Assembly: GCA_965207885.1 (NCBI GenBank)
Contig: OZ242311.1
Span: 1,728,001 to 1,792,000 of the forward strand
DNA length: 64,000 bases
Source: Candidatus Latescibacterota bacterium
Lineage (GTDB): Bacteria; Latescibacterota; UBA2968
Direction of reading: 5' to 3'
Part shown: positions 40,053-50,788 of the stretch, piece after piece
Layout: the number at the start of each line of letters is the position of its first letter
Position numbering within the stretch: the stretch's first letter is position 1
Notes under the pieces: model-generated
Told to the model about the DNA's origin: nothing
Database searches by the model: none
The model's input: only the letters and a program-made list of their open reading frames with translations
Made by a program: the position numbers and the translations under genes

Positions 40053-40224
40053 GTATTTACATGATGTGTGACTTCAAAATGGATATTTGATTTTGCTACA
40101 AACATAGACAGAAATTTATACGCTGTCAACCACCGCCAAGTGTTATATCCTGCTGCAAACAACAACACCATTTTGACACCGTCTGGCGTTCGTATTGCAG
40201 ATTTTGAAAGCAGAATGCGATCAT

Positions 40225-41451
40225 TCAAATGGCGCCGTCGCTTCGGAGTTTCTCAATCTCTGGCATTGAATATCCGAGATATTCACTCAGAACCTGCTCG
40301 TTGTGTTCCCCCAGTGAAGGCCCGCGCCGGGGTTCAACCGATCCGCCGCCGACCTCTATGGGACTCGCCACCACCCGGACGGCTCCGAACTCCGGATGCG
40401 GCAACGCCAGTATCATATTATCCTCGGCCACCTGCGGGTCGGCAAAAGCTTGCTCAACCGTATTCACGGGCGCGCAAGGCACCTTGCCCTTGAGCAGCGC
40501 CAGCCAATCGTCGGTTGTCTTCTTGCGGAAGAGATCCTTCAGAATCGGAACCAGAATATCCCGATTCTCCAGGCGATCCGCAAAAGAGCAGAACCGGGAA
40601 TCTTCCGCCAGTTCCGGCACCCCCAGAACGCGTACCAGATTTTGAAAAAACTTCTCCTTTGCACACATGATCACGAGCCATCCGTCCCTGGTCGGCACCA
40701 CCTGCGACGGGATCTGTGACGGATGAGAAGAATCGGGCGTCCGATGCGCCTGATACCCTTTGGTCAGGAACCACGCCGCCACATATCCCAGATTTGCCAG
40801 CGCCGTATCGAACAGATTCACATCTACGTCGCACCCCAGGCCCGTCTGTCTGGCGCGAAAAATCGCGCTGACCATGCCGAGGGACGCCAGGGTGCCCGCG
40901 CCGAGATCCACGAGAGAAAGCCCTGTCTTCGTCGGTGGACCGTCTGGCTCGCCCGTAAGACTCATCCATCCGGCATATCCCTGCATCAGATAATCGTATC
41001 CCGGTTCGCCCGCCCGAGACCCATGTCGTCCGAACGCGGAAAGCGAGCAGCACACAATTGAAGCCTTGATTGCACTCAGCGCCGGATAGTCCAGACCCAG
41101 CCGGGCAGGAAGGTCTCCGCGCAGATTGTTGAACACCCCATCCGAAATCCCCACCAGCCGATGCAACACCTCCCGCCCTCCTGGATGCTGCAAATTCAGC
41201 GTCATACTCTTCTTGTTTCGGTTGAAACTCTGGAAATACACGCTATCCTGATCAGCGGTATAGGGCGGCACGTAACGCGCGACATCGCCACCTGTCTCGG
41301 GATTCTCGACCTTGATGATTTCCGCCCCAAGGTCCGCCAGCATCATCGTTGCCCACGGACCCGCTCCGAACTGCTCCACCGAGACAATCCTTATTCCATG
41401 CAGGGGAGGATGTTGGTTTTGATCGTGCAAGTTAACCCTCTTCTTTTTCAA
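40225..41451 (-). CDS. Family III CoA-transferase (CaiB/BaiF)
   Basis: AGP...LADLGAEIIKVE, NRNKKS, GYD..Q. Confidence 0.92.
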   Translation of the reverse strand: MKKKRVNLHDQNQHPPLHGIRIVSVEQFGAGPWATMMLADLGAEIIKVENPETGGDVARYVPPYTADQDSVYFQSFNRNKKSMTLNLQHPGGREVLHRLVGISDGVFNNLRGDLPARLGLDYPALSAIKASIVCCSLSAFGRHGSRAGEPGYDYLMQGYAGWMSLTGEPDGPPTKTGLSLVDLGAGTLASLGMVSAIFRARQTGLGCDVDVNLFDTALANLGYVAAWFLTKGYQAHRTPDSSHPSQIPSQVVPTRDGWLVIMCAKEKFFQNLVRVLGVPELAEDSRFCSFADRLENRDILVPILKDLFRKKTTDDWLALLKGKVPCAPVNTVEQAFADPQVAEDNMILALPHPEFGAVRVVASPIEVGGGSVEPRRGPSLGEHNEQVLSEYLGYSMPEIEKLRSDGAI

Positions 41452-42323
41452 TCGGCCTGCTGGTCATTGGGCTCTCCCTCAAGACGATCCAGGATCCATC
41501 GCGCCCGTTCCAGAATCGGCCTATCTACCATCCGGCCATCTACAGTCGCCGGGCCTTCGTCTGCCCGCCGTTCAAAAGCCTCAACAATTCGCTGTGCCCA
41601 CCTCTCCTCGACCTCCGTGGGACTGAAAATTTCATTCACTGCACCAACCTGACCCGGATGGATCACAGCTTTTCCGGCAAACCCCAGATCCCTGGCCTGC
41701 CGCGCCTCCGCGGCCAGCCCGTCAAGATCACCGATGTCCGTAAACACCTTGTCTATAGCCCGGATTTGTCCGCTTGCTGAAGCCACCGCCAGCGCCAACC
41801 GAGCGTAATTGACCAATCCCTGTCCCGGATGCGAAAAAAGGCCCATATCCAGCGCGAAATCCTCCGCGCCAAACATAAGCCCCACCAGCCTGGGTGTAAC
41901 GGATGCGATCGCAGGCGCCTGAACCAGACCCCGGGCACTCTCAATGATTGCCAGAAGCCCGACGCCTCCGGATGGAATACCCGCTCTGGTCTCGTGTCGG
42001 TCCAGCCACTGGCACACCTGAAGCACATCCTCTGGACCCTGCACTTTGGGCAACACGAGCCCTTGCAGCCCCGCACGCGCGATCGCCTGCAGATCGGCGT
42101 CCAATTCGGAGGAACCAGCATCGTGAACCCTAACGAATCGCATTGGGGCGCCACGCGCGCCATCCAGCGCGGCAGCGACACGACTGCGCGCAACATCCTT
42201 CTCAGCCTCCGGGACGCCGTCCTCCAGATCGAATATCAGCACATCCGCCGGCAGGCCCAGGGCCTTGTCGATCATACGCTGCCGGTGCCCCGGCACAAAA
42301 AGCCAGGACCGCATCGACTTCAC
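41448..42323 (-). CDS. CitE-like acyl-CoA lyase
   Basis: RSWLFVPG, DLEDGV, LPKV, IES..G, FGAED, GK..IHP.Q. Confidence 0.92.
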   Translation of the reverse strand: MKSMRSWLFVPGHRQRMIDKALGLPADVLIFDLEDGVPEAEKDVARSRVAAALDGARGAPMRFVRVHDAGSSELDADLQAIARAGLQGLVLPKVQGPEDVLQVCQWLDRHETRAGIPSGGVGLLAIIESARGLVQAPAIASVTPRLVGLMFGAEDFALDMGLFSHPGQGLVNYARLALAVASASGQIRAIDKVFTDIGDLDGLAAEARQARDLGFAGKAVIHPGQVGAVNEIFSPTEVEERWAQRIVEAFERRADEGPATVDGRMVDRPILERARWILDRLEGEPNDQQAD

Positions 42324-42850
42324 CCGTCTTTCTCCTCGTGAATTTCGGGAAAAGTATCCTCCAACGGCGCGTGCGCCCTCTTATAGACCATCACGCTACG
42401 AGTCAGATCTATGACGACGCGGCCGTGCTGATTCACGCCCCGCGTACGCACCTTCACAATCCCCGCTTCCGGAAACGACTTTGACTCCCGCCTGGCGAGC
42501 ACCTCCGTCTCGCAATAGAGCGTATCTCCCACAAATACAGGGTTCGGAAGCCGGATCTCGCTCCAACCCAGGTTCGCCATCGCCTGCTCGCTCACGTCCG
42601 GGACACTCATCCCCACGACCAGCGCGAGCGTAAACGTGCTGTTCACCAGAATCTTTCCCCACCGCGTCCGACGGGCGTACTCCTCGTCAAAGTGAAGCGG
42701 ATTGGTATTCAGGGTCAGGTGCGTGAACAACTGATTGTCAGCCGTCGTCACCGTCCGCCCGAACCGGCTTCGATAGACTTCGCCCACCTCGAAATCCTCA
42801 TAGCATCTCCCGGTCCAGCCCGGTATCACTTTTTTCTCTATTTTCTCCAT
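42320..42850 (-). CDS. MaoC-family (R)-enoyl-CoA hydratase/dehydratase
   Basis: YEDFEVG, DN..FT.LT.N.NPLHFD, ANLGW, PVFVGDT. Confidence 0.9.
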   Translation of the reverse strand: MEKIEKKVIPGWTGRCYEDFEVGEVYRSRFGRTVTTADNQLFTHLTLNTNPLHFDEEYARRTRWGKILVNSTFTLALVVGMSVPDVSEQAMANLGWSEIRLPNPVFVGDTLYCETEVLARRESKSFPEAGIVKVRTRGVNQHGRVVIDLTRSVMVYKRAHAPLEDTFPEIHEEKDG

Positions 42851-42938
42851 ACCAGACCCCTTTGCGTCGTCAAATGACGCCCCAATATAATATTCGCCAC
42901 AATCCGATGTCCACCGCTTTATCGCCCCTCTCTACACA

Positions 42939-43358
42939 TCACTCGTTCGTCCCTCGGCGCATCTCAAATATACGCACGACAATGTACATACCGAGTGAAA
43001 CAATAAAAAAGACGAGCAACATCCACGCAATAGATTGCAGAGATTCGATAATCGTGCGATAGATCTCGAGCACCCAGCGTTCGGTAGTCAGTTCAAAGGG
43101 AGGCATATCGCGGGATTTACCTGCGGGATCGAAATGCTCCTGCGGCAAAATATAACGCTCCAGCGAACGGACACGCACACCGCCAGAAATACCCACCACA
43201 AAAATCGCAAACTTCATATAGCGCACCCACGCGCTTGCTATCGCATCGTCAATAAGCCGGTGAAGAATACTGGTAATCGCGCTACTAAACGCACGCACGG
43301 CAATAAAAGACACGAGAGCGGCGACTACGAGCGTGATGAGAAGAAGTGTAAAGAACAT
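42939..43358 (-). CDS. Hypothetical 3-TM membrane protein
   Basis: Three hydrophobic segments; GGAGG RBS before MFFTLL. Confidence 0.65.
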   Translation of the reverse strand: MFFTLLLITLVVAALVSFIAVRAFSSAITSILHRLIDDAIASAWVRYMKFAIFVVGISGGVRVRSLERYILPQEHFDPAGKSRDMPPFELTTERWVLEIYRTIIESLQSIAWMLLVFFIVSLGMYIVVRIFEMRRGTNE

Positions 43359-43460
43359 AGGAGGACCTCCATAGTAGTGATCAATTTCAATATTATACGT
43401 GTTAGCAAAGCGTGAGTTCCCCTGGATTACTGGCATTGTGCTGCGACTCCTGTTACACAC

Positions 43461-45887
43461 TTATTCATGCCGCAGTATTTTTACCGGATTGGTATGCGCC
43501 ACTCTGAACGCCTGCGTACCAACGGTCAAAAGTGCAATTAAAAGTGCAAGCAAACCCGAAAATACAAAAGGCCACAAACTGAAAGATGCGCGATACGCAA
43601 AATTTTGCAAATAGGTATTTGTCAAATAATAGGCAACGGGCCAGGCAATGAGATTGGCGACAAGCACCAGCTTCAAAAACGCTTTGGACAACAACAAAAC
43701 AACACTTGAAACAGACGCACCGAGCACCTTGCGAATACCAATCTCGCGCCTGCGGCGTTCCGCCGTAAAAGCCGCCAGCCCGAACAAACCCAAACACGCC
43801 AGCAAACACACCAACCCGGCAAAAGCGGTAACAGCCTGCCCCAAAACCCTTTCCACCCGATAAATTACATCGAGTTCCTCATCGAGAAATGTAAACTCAA
43901 AAGGCTTATCTGCTGGCATAAATGTATCCCAGGTCTCCTCGAGAAAAGGTCGAACCTCTGGAAAATCGCGCACCCGCAACGCCAGATAATCGTAAAACCA
44001 CTGCCGATAGGCAAAAACCGCCGGACCAATCGGTTCGCGAAGAGAAGCGTAGTGAAAATCTGCAATCACACCAATCACAGTCCCCTTAGCATCATCTTCT
44101 GAACGCGCCCGTCCAAAACGCCGTCCCACGGCATCCTCCACTGTCCAGCCAAGCGCGCGCACAGCGGTCTCATTGAGAATATACGCATGCGTGCGGTCGC
44201 GCTCAACCCCGGGCGAAAACGTGCGACCAGCCAAAATGGACACACCGAAAGTAGCAAAAAAATCTTCATCCGCTTCTTGCACGGGCATTCGCCACTCGGT
44301 ATGATCCTGACCTTCGGGCTTGACAATCCGCACAAAACCACCGCCATCACGCCCTGGCAAAAAGCGAAAAGCAGACACCGAAACAATATTGGGATGTTCC
44401 AAAAACGCCTGCTTTACAGTATTGTACTGTGCCACGAGCCAGGGATCATCATTGGTCTTGAGCCGGCGATCCAGCTTAAAGATCGGCAGCAAAACGAGAT
44501 GCTCTTTGTCAAAGCCGAGATCCTTGTACTGAATAAAGTCCAATTGCCGATAAATAACATCCGCAACAATCACAAGCAAAATGGCAATGGCAAATTGCGC
44601 CACAACCAGAACCTGCCGAAGCCGCGCACCCGGCAAATACGCGACACCCTTGAGCACATCAGCCGGACGAAACCCCGAAAAATAAAGCGCGGGATACACT
44701 CCCGCCATCAAACCCACGAACGCGGCAAGCGCTAAAAGCCCCGGCAAGAGCACGAACAGCATCGGCGCATCCAACGCGTAATGTGCGTCCATCTGCGCGC
44801 TGAGTTCCAACAATGCGACGCGCGCAAGGGGCACGGCTACAACCACAGCGAAAAACGCGAGCAAAACTGTCTCGCACAAAAATTGCTGAATCAACTGACC
44901 GCGTCGCGCACCAACCACCTTCCGCATCCCCACCTCGCGCGCGCGGAACATCGAACGCGCCGTAGCGAGATTGACAAAATTGATCGCCGCAATCGCCAGA
45001 ACCAGCACCGCAATAGCCGCAAAAAGATAGAGCGCCTGCACATCGCCGCCCGAAGGCAAATTGTAATCCTGAACCCCATACAGATGCAACCGCGCAAGAG
45101 GCTGCAAGCGAAATGAAAGAATGCGGCGCACATCTGCACCCATATGCCGTTCAATAACACCCGACATTTTTGCTTCAAATTCACCCGCATCTACCCCATC
45201 GCGCAAACGCACAAAAGTCTCAATACCCGCCTGTTGCACCAACCCCCGCCACTGCGTCCAATCAAAAATAGCCTCCACTGTCCGCCCATTGGTAAAATGC
45301 AACAAATCAAACCGAAGGGACGAAAACCTCGGAGGCGTCTGCAAAACAGCGGCAACCGTATAATCGCCGCCGTAATACCGCTCGCGAATCGTAATAACTT
45401 TGCCTATGGGATCGGCCTCGCCAAACAACCGCTCTGCCGCTGACTCCGTAATCGCAACCCGATACGGCTGCGACAACGCGCTGGCATCGCCCATAGCAAA
45501 AGGAAAGCGAAACAACTCAAAAAACTGATCATCAACCTGCCCCTGCGCCAGCGTAAGCTCCCGGTCCTCATACCGCACCACAACCGGATAAATGCGATTT
45601 TTGGACGCCAACTCAACTTCGGGCATCTCCGCCTCAAGTGTCCGGGCGAGTGCCCCCGAAGTCAGCCACCGCACCTGCGTCTGCTCATTGCTCACCCGCT
45701 CCCGCAAAACCCGATAAATGCGATGCACATCCGGATGAAAGCGGTCATAGCTCATCTCGCAATAAATAATCACAATCGCCATCACACAACACGACAGCCC
45801 CACAATAAGACTGAGCAAATTGATCAGCGTATCGCGCTTGTGCGACCACAGGTTGCGGCATGCGATGGTGAAATAGTTGGAAAACAT
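43461..45887 (-). CDS. MacB/FtsX-family ABC transporter permease
   Basis: INFVNL.TA....RAREVGMRKVVGA; RRREIGIRKVLGA. Confidence 0.92.
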   Translation of the reverse strand: MFSNYFTIACRNLWSHKRDTLINLLSLIVGLSCCVMAIVIIYCEMSYDRFHPDVHRIYRVLRERVSNEQTQVRWLTSGALARTLEAEMPEVELASKNRIYPVVVRYEDRELTLAQGQVDDQFFELFRFPFAMGDASALSQPYRVAITESAAERLFGEADPIGKVITIRERYYGGDYTVAAVLQTPPRFSSLRFDLLHFTNGRTVEAIFDWTQWRGLVQQAGIETFVRLRDGVDAGEFEAKMSGVIERHMGADVRRILSFRLQPLARLHLYGVQDYNLPSGGDVQALYLFAAIAVLVLAIAAINFVNLATARSMFRAREVGMRKVVGARRGQLIQQFLCETVLLAFFAVVVAVPLARVALLELSAQMDAHYALDAPMLFVLLPGLLALAAFVGLMAGVYPALYFSGFRPADVLKGVAYLPGARLRQVLVVAQFAIAILLVIVADVIYRQLDFIQYKDLGFDKEHLVLLPIFKLDRRLKTNDDPWLVAQYNTVKQAFLEHPNIVSVSAFRFLPGRDGGGFVRIVKPEGQDHTEWRMPVQEADEDFFATFGVSILAGRTFSPGVERDRTHAYILNETAVRALGWTVEDAVGRRFGRARSEDDAKGTVIGVIADFHYASLREPIGPAVFAYRQWFYDYLALRVRDFPEVRPFLEETWDTFMPADKPFEFTFLDEELDVIYRVERVLGQAVTAFAGLVCLLACLGLFGLAAFTAERRRREIGIRKVLGASVSSVVLLLSKAFLKLVLVANLIAWPVAYYLTNTYLQNFAYRASFSLWPFVFSGLLALLIALLTVGTQAFRVAHTNPVKILRHE

Positions 45888-45893
45888 GAGAAT

Positions 45894-47828
45894 TTAAACA
45901 AACACATAATCCTCAGAATCAGGTGCCCGCGTCTGCTTCCAGAACTCGTGCATTGAAAACGGCCAATTTTGCGTCACCCGCCCCGCCTCGTTCTTATACC
46001 AACTCCGAACATTTGGCGCGCCCCAGGCCATCTCCAGATTACCCGCATCAATGCGCTCATTATACCGATCGTGAACATCCCGTTTGCAATCCATCGCAGC
46101 GCATCCCGTCTCAACCAGCAACTTAATACACCCCAGGATATACCTCATCTCGCACTCGGAAAAAAAGATAATACTCCCATTCACAACAATATTCGTATTT
46201 GGCCCATACATACAAAAAAAATTGGGAAATCCCGGAATAGAAACACCTTTATACGCGCGAGGATCGCCATCCCAATGCGCCTGTAAATCCCTGCGCCCAA
46301 CCCCCTCAAACGTCATCGGCCACAACATCCGACTCGGCTGAAATCCCGTGCCGTAAATCAGCACATCAAAATCATAGTCCTCACCCGACCGCGTCTCCAA
46401 ACCAGAATCCGTAATCCTCTCAATCGGATCCGTAATAAGATGCACATTCTCCCGCTTCAGAGTGTGCAACCACAGACCATTATCCCACAACATGCGCTTG
46501 CCAGCCGGCGGAAAATCTGGAATACACTTCTGCATCAACTCGGGATCATCGCCCAGCACCGACTCGATATATTCTATAATCCGCTGGCGCACCTTGTCAT
46601 TCGCCTTGCTCACCGCGCGTTCCTGATGCGGCCACGCCGGATCCTTTTTCGCCGCACCGAGCATCCCCTCTGCCGAACGCCAGAACATAAACAACCGAAA
46701 CCACTTGGCGTAAAACGGCACATGATTCAAAAGATAGTGTTGCCCCGCTGGCACATCCGCGTGATAATGCGGATTGGGCTGAATCCAGGGCGGCGTGCGC
46801 TGAAAAACAAAAACCTCGCGCGCCTGTTTTGCGATCTCCGGCACAAACTGAAATGCGCTCGCACCCGTACCAATCACCCCAACGCGCTTATCCGCCAAAT
46901 CGCATTCTCGCGGCCATCGCGCAGAATGAAAAGCAATCCCCCGATAGCACTCGCGCCCCGCAATATCCGGCAACTTCGGGCGATTGAGCTGCCCCACAGC
47001 ACTGATAATAGCATTCGCCTCAATCGTCTGACGCACCCCCTCTTTGTCCCGCACCTCAACTTTCCAGACCTTGCCCTTTTCATCAAAACGACCGCACACC
47101 ACCTCTGTCTGAAATCGAACATGCTCGCGCAGGCGAAAATCCGCTGCAAACTGCCTGAAATAATCGAGAAGCACCTGCTGCGTGGAAAAATACTGCGGCC
47201 AATTCTTGGGCACAAAAGAATAGGAATACGAGTGATTCGGACTGTCAACGCGGCATCCGGGATACGTATTCTCCAGCCATGTCCCACCCACATCGGCATT
47301 CTTCTCCACCACCGTAAACGAAATCCCCGCCTCTTGTAGCCGATGCGCCGCCAGCAACCCGGACATCCCCGCCCCAATAATCAACACGCGAAAATCTCTC
47401 TTCTTATCCCTGGGCAACGCATCCATACCCGGAGGCACAAAAGGATCCTCGCCATTCAAAGACAACTCCCCCTCCAAAAACGCCCCGTAATCTTCGGGAA
47501 TCTCCTCTCCAATCATAAAATTCATCATCTCCCAAACCCGCGCCCGGCTCGGTGCAGGAGGCAGAGTACAACCGCGATCCCGATAGGCCTTCAACACCTC
47601 AAAAGCAATCTCCCGAACAACCACCTGCTGATCCTCTTTCACACCCGCCTGTGGATCCGCCAGATTCCTCGCCCGTGGACGAATCTCCCCCCGCACAATG
47701 CCCATATCCCCGGTCAAATGCACCAGCGAAACCATCAGCGCCGGAATATTCGCATCCTCCAACGCCGCCCTGATCGCCTCGTCATCTTCAACAATCGGTT
47801 TCCATGTATCAAACGCCTTACCAGCCAT
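45894..47828 (-). CDS. Baeyer-Villiger monooxygenase (HAPMO-like)
   Basis: GAGMSG, GGTWLENTYPG, YRGIAFHSARW, GTGAS; long N-terminal extension. Confidence 0.9.
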   Translation of the reverse strand: MAGKAFDTWKPIVEDDEAIRAALEDANIPALMVSLVHLTGDMGIVRGEIRPRARNLADPQAGVKEDQQVVVREIAFEVLKAYRDRGCTLPPAPSRARVWEMMNFMIGEEIPEDYGAFLEGELSLNGEDPFVPPGMDALPRDKKRDFRVLIIGAGMSGLLAAHRLQEAGISFTVVEKNADVGGTWLENTYPGCRVDSPNHSYSYSFVPKNWPQYFSTQQVLLDYFRQFAADFRLREHVRFQTEVVCGRFDEKGKVWKVEVRDKEGVRQTIEANAIISAVGQLNRPKLPDIAGRECYRGIAFHSARWPRECDLADKRVGVIGTGASAFQFVPEIAKQAREVFVFQRTPPWIQPNPHYHADVPAGQHYLLNHVPFYAKWFRLFMFWRSAEGMLGAAKKDPAWPHQERAVSKANDKVRQRIIEYIESVLGDDPELMQKCIPDFPPAGKRMLWDNGLWLHTLKRENVHLITDPIERITDSGLETRSGEDYDFDVLIYGTGFQPSRMLWPMTFEGVGRRDLQAHWDGDPRAYKGVSIPGFPNFFCMYGPNTNIVVNGSIIFFSECEMRYILGCIKLLVETGCAAMDCKRDVHDRYNERIDAGNLEMAWGAPNVRSWYKNEAGRVTQNWPFSMHEFWKQTRAPDSEDYVFV

Positions 47829-47842
47829 CTTCCTCTCTCCAC

Positions 47843-49033
47843 TCACGACACAGGTTGTGCAGCCACGTCCTCGGGCATCTCTTCCCGCTCCCTCTGAAGC
47901 TGCCCTTCGGGATCTACCCATTGACTCACAATCAGCGAAATCAGAGCCAGAACAGCACCGCTAAAGAAAATCACCTGATAGCCAAAATAGTGCCATGCGA
48001 AACCGCCCAAAAGCGGTGCCGCAACAGAAGCCACATGATTCATCGTCACGCCCATCGCAAGCGACGGCTTGAGATCCGACTCCGGCGCAATCTTGTGCAA
48101 ATACGTCGTCAGCGCAATCCCGCCAAAAAAGATAATATTATCGACACAATACAAAACGTACAGCGTTGGTCGATGCGTCACCACCGCGTAGCCCACAAAC
48201 ACAAAAGTCAACCCGATATAACTGAGCGACAGCATCTTCCGCTCGCCGTACTGATCCACCAACTTGCCCATCGTCGGCGCAGTCAGCGTAATCAACGTCT
48301 GATTCATCAGCACCAGAATCATCGTCGTATGCACGGGCATCCCGTGTATCTTCACCAGAGCAAAAATCGCAAACGTAATAAACATCTGCTTCCGCATACC
48401 CTGCAAAAAATTCAGCGCATAATACAGACCATACCGCCGCTTAAACACAAAACTCCGCTCGTCGGGTGGCCGCTTGCGAGACGCAAACAAAATGGCAAAA
48501 CCACCGCCCACAGTAGCGGCACCCGCCATAATAAACAAACCATTGTACCCGACAAAATCATAAGCCAACTTACAAATCAAAATAGACAACAACCACGCCA
48601 CACTATTCACACTGCGCAACTGCCCCAACCACTTCCCCTTCTTACCCTCTGGCGAAAAAAGCAGCGCCATCGACTGCTCCATCGGTATCCAGCAGTGAAA
48701 ACCCACACCCCACACAAACGAATACACCGCCAGCAAAAAAACCGAATCAACCTGGGCATAAGCCATAATGCCCGCACCCATAACCATCAGCGAAATCGCA
48801 GCCACAACAGGAGGCGCGAACCGCACCATCAGCGCGACAAAAAACGCATTCATAAACCCCGACACCTCGCGCAGGGCTTCCACATACCCCAATTCGTGTG
48901 CCTCGATATTCAGGCGGTCAACAACAAAATTGTTGTAAAGCGTCAACTGCACGCCAAAAAAAATCCCCTGCGAAGCAACCGCAAGCGCCAGCAACCGAAA
49001 GTCCCGATTCCACTCAGAAATTGGATTATTCAA
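47843..49033 (-). CDS. MFS transporter
   Basis: About 12 TM helices; G.L.D.YGER motif; TTG start after GGAGG. Confidence 0.85.
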   Translation of the reverse strand: MNNPISEWNRDFRLLALAVASQGIFFGVQLTLYNNFVVDRLNIEAHELGYVEALREVSGFMNAFFVALMVRFAPPVVAAISLMVMGAGIMAYAQVDSVFLLAVYSFVWGVGFHCWIPMEQSMALLFSPEGKKGKWLGQLRSVNSVAWLLSILICKLAYDFVGYNGLFIMAGAATVGGGFAILFASRKRPPDERSFVFKRRYGLYYALNFLQGMRKQMFITFAIFALVKIHGMPVHTTMILVLMNQTLITLTAPTMGKLVDQYGERKMLSLSYIGLTFVFVGYAVVTHRPTLYVLYCVDNIIFFGGIALTTYLHKIAPESDLKPSLAMGVTMNHVASVAAPLLGGFAWHYFGYQVIFFSGAVLALISLIVSQWVDPEGQLQREREEMPEDVAAQPVS

Positions 49034-49043
49034 AAAACCTCCT

Positions 49044-49991
49044 TCAATTCCCCAACGGCTCCCATACATCGCCAAAAATAGACCGCAACCGCGCCATATC
49101 TTCATCTGGCAGAGGCGAACCGAGAATCGCCTTCACATTCTCCTCCAGATGATCGATATTTGCCGTACCCGACAGCACCACACCCATTGAGGGATGTGCA
49201 TTCACATACTTATAGCCCGCCGCGGGCAACGATGTAACATCGCCCTTGACCAACCATCCCAGCGGATCCTCATCGTCCAGTGCATCTCGCGCAATCAACC
49301 CCTTATCCTTTGCATACGCAATGCGCTCTTTGAGCACATCGGGCCGAGCCAGTGCCCGCCGAACCGCAACCATGCAAATCACGCCCACATCCCGCTCCTG
49401 ACACATAGGCAAAACCTCGTGCTCGGGCGTTGGACTCAACAAATTGTAACCCACCATCGCCGTATCGAACAAATCATCCGACAGCGCCATAGAAAACATC
49501 TCGTGTTTGTGGTCCTCGGCATACGTCTCACTCACCCCGATAAACCCGAACTTCCCCTGATCTTTCAATCTCTCCACCGTGGGCCACAGCCCCTCAATAG
49601 CCTCAGAATACTGATGCGGACGAACACCGTGCCACTGCATCACATCGACATAATCCACCTGCAAACGCTTCAAACTGCGCTCAATAGTATCGACAACATT
49701 CGCTGGACTCGCAAGCTCATCACTGCGGTGATCATGGGCGTGAAATTTCGTCGCCAGAATATAATCATCGCGCGGCACGCCCTTAAGCGCATTTCCGATA
49801 ATCGTCTCACTCTCGCCATACGCAGCAGCCGTATCGAAAAAATTTATACCGAGATCCAGCGCGCGCTGCACCAATCGATTCACGCCCGCCTGATCGACAC
49901 CCGTATTTTGTCCCATTTGCGTAGGCCCACCGCCGCCAATACCCATAATCGAAACCTTCAGACCTGTGCGCCCCAATATGCGATATTCCAT
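49044..49991 (-). CDS. Aldo/keto reductase
   Basis: YRILGRTGLKVS, GINFFDTAAAYG, SLKRL..DYVD. Confidence 0.92.
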   Translation of the reverse strand: MEYRILGRTGLKVSIMGIGGGGPTQMGQNTGVDQAGVNRLVQRALDLGINFFDTAAAYGESETIIGNALKGVPRDDYILATKFHAHDHRSDELASPANVVDTIERSLKRLQVDYVDVMQWHGVRPHQYSEAIEGLWPTVERLKDQGKFGFIGVSETYAEDHKHEMFSMALSDDLFDTAMVGYNLLSPTPEHEVLPMCQERDVGVICMVAVRRALARPDVLKERIAYAKDKGLIARDALDDEDPLGWLVKGDVTSLPAAGYKYVNAHPSMGVVLSGTANIDHLEENVKAILGSPLPDEDMARLRSIFGDVWEPLGN

Positions 49992-50062
49992 AAAACCTCC
50001 TTTGAATGTATCCAATATAGGATATAGCAACACCCCTCGCCATTATTTTAACCAATGTCACC

Positions 50063-50091
50063 TTGACAAATCCCACATGCAAAAGTATATT
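50063..50091 (+). promoter_or_regulatory. Sigma70 promoter of ssb
   Basis: TTGACA, 17 bp, TATATT. Confidence 0.65.
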
Positions 50092-50159
50092 CGTACCAAG
50101 TTCTTACAGGGTCGTGCCATGATCCCTGAAACGCACACTCAATCCTAAGGAGGCCACGT

Positions 50160-50642
50160 ATGGCACGAGGAGTCAACAAAGTCATTTTGATCGGCAATTC
50201 TGGCGCCGATCCCGAGCTTCGATACACGCCAGGAGGCACAGCCGTATCGAACTTCAGCATCGCCACCAACGAAAGCTGGACAGACAGCAGTGGTGAAAGA
50301 CAAGAACGCACCGAATGGCACCGCATTGTGGTATGGGGCCGTTTGGCCGAAATCTGCAACCAGTATCTGCGCAAAGGCAGCAAAGTCTATATCGAAGGCA
50401 AGTTGCAAACGCGCAGTTGGGAAGGGCAAGACGGGTTAAAGCGCTACACCACCGAAGTGGTTGCCCGCGATATGCAAATGCTCGATGCCCGCGGCGAAAT
50501 GGACGGTATGGACGGTAGCTATGGCGGTGGCGCGCCTCAGGGCGGAGGGCAGTCAAGACCACAGTCAAACGATTCGGCATCGGACGACACGACCGCTTCA
50601 GATCCACCTCCTTATGCTGCAGACGACGACCTGCCATTTTAG
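50160..50642 (+). CDS. ssb: Single-stranded DNA-binding protein
   Basis: [22 protein letters not shown], acidic DDDLPF tail. Confidence 0.97.
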   Translation: MARGVNKVILIGNSGADPELRYTPGGTAVSNFSIATNESWTDSSGERQERTEWHRIVVWGRLAEICNQYLRKGSKVYIEGKLQTRSWEGQDGLKRYTTEVVARDMQMLDARGEMDGMDGSYGGGAPQGGGQSRPQSNDSASDDTTASDPPPYAADDDLPF

Positions 50643-50656
50643 GCGCGATACAAACG

Positions 50657-50688
50657 ATAAAGCCCGCACAAAACTGTGCGGGCTTTAT
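50657..50688 (+). terminator. Rho-independent terminator
   Basis: ATAAAGCCCGCACA-AAAC-TGTGCGGGCTTTAT. Confidence 0.85.
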
Positions 50689-50720
50689 TATTTCCTAAAC
50701 ACGAAAACGAATGTAAGGAC

Positions 50721-50761
50721 AAACCTTCTGGATCGCGGCTCAAAATCATGCCGCGATGACA
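50721..50761. repeat. Dispersed palindromic element A, copy 3
   Basis: 41 bp identical to 14353-14393. Confidence 0.9.
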
Positions 50762-50788
50762 GCTTTTATACAATATTTAATTTTCTGA

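Noticed and set aside
47804-49081. 425-aa ORF on the + strand
   Set aside because: Antisense shadow of the MFS gene, with biased composition and no motifs; the same applies to 46440-47339, 49194-50027 and 29349-30092.
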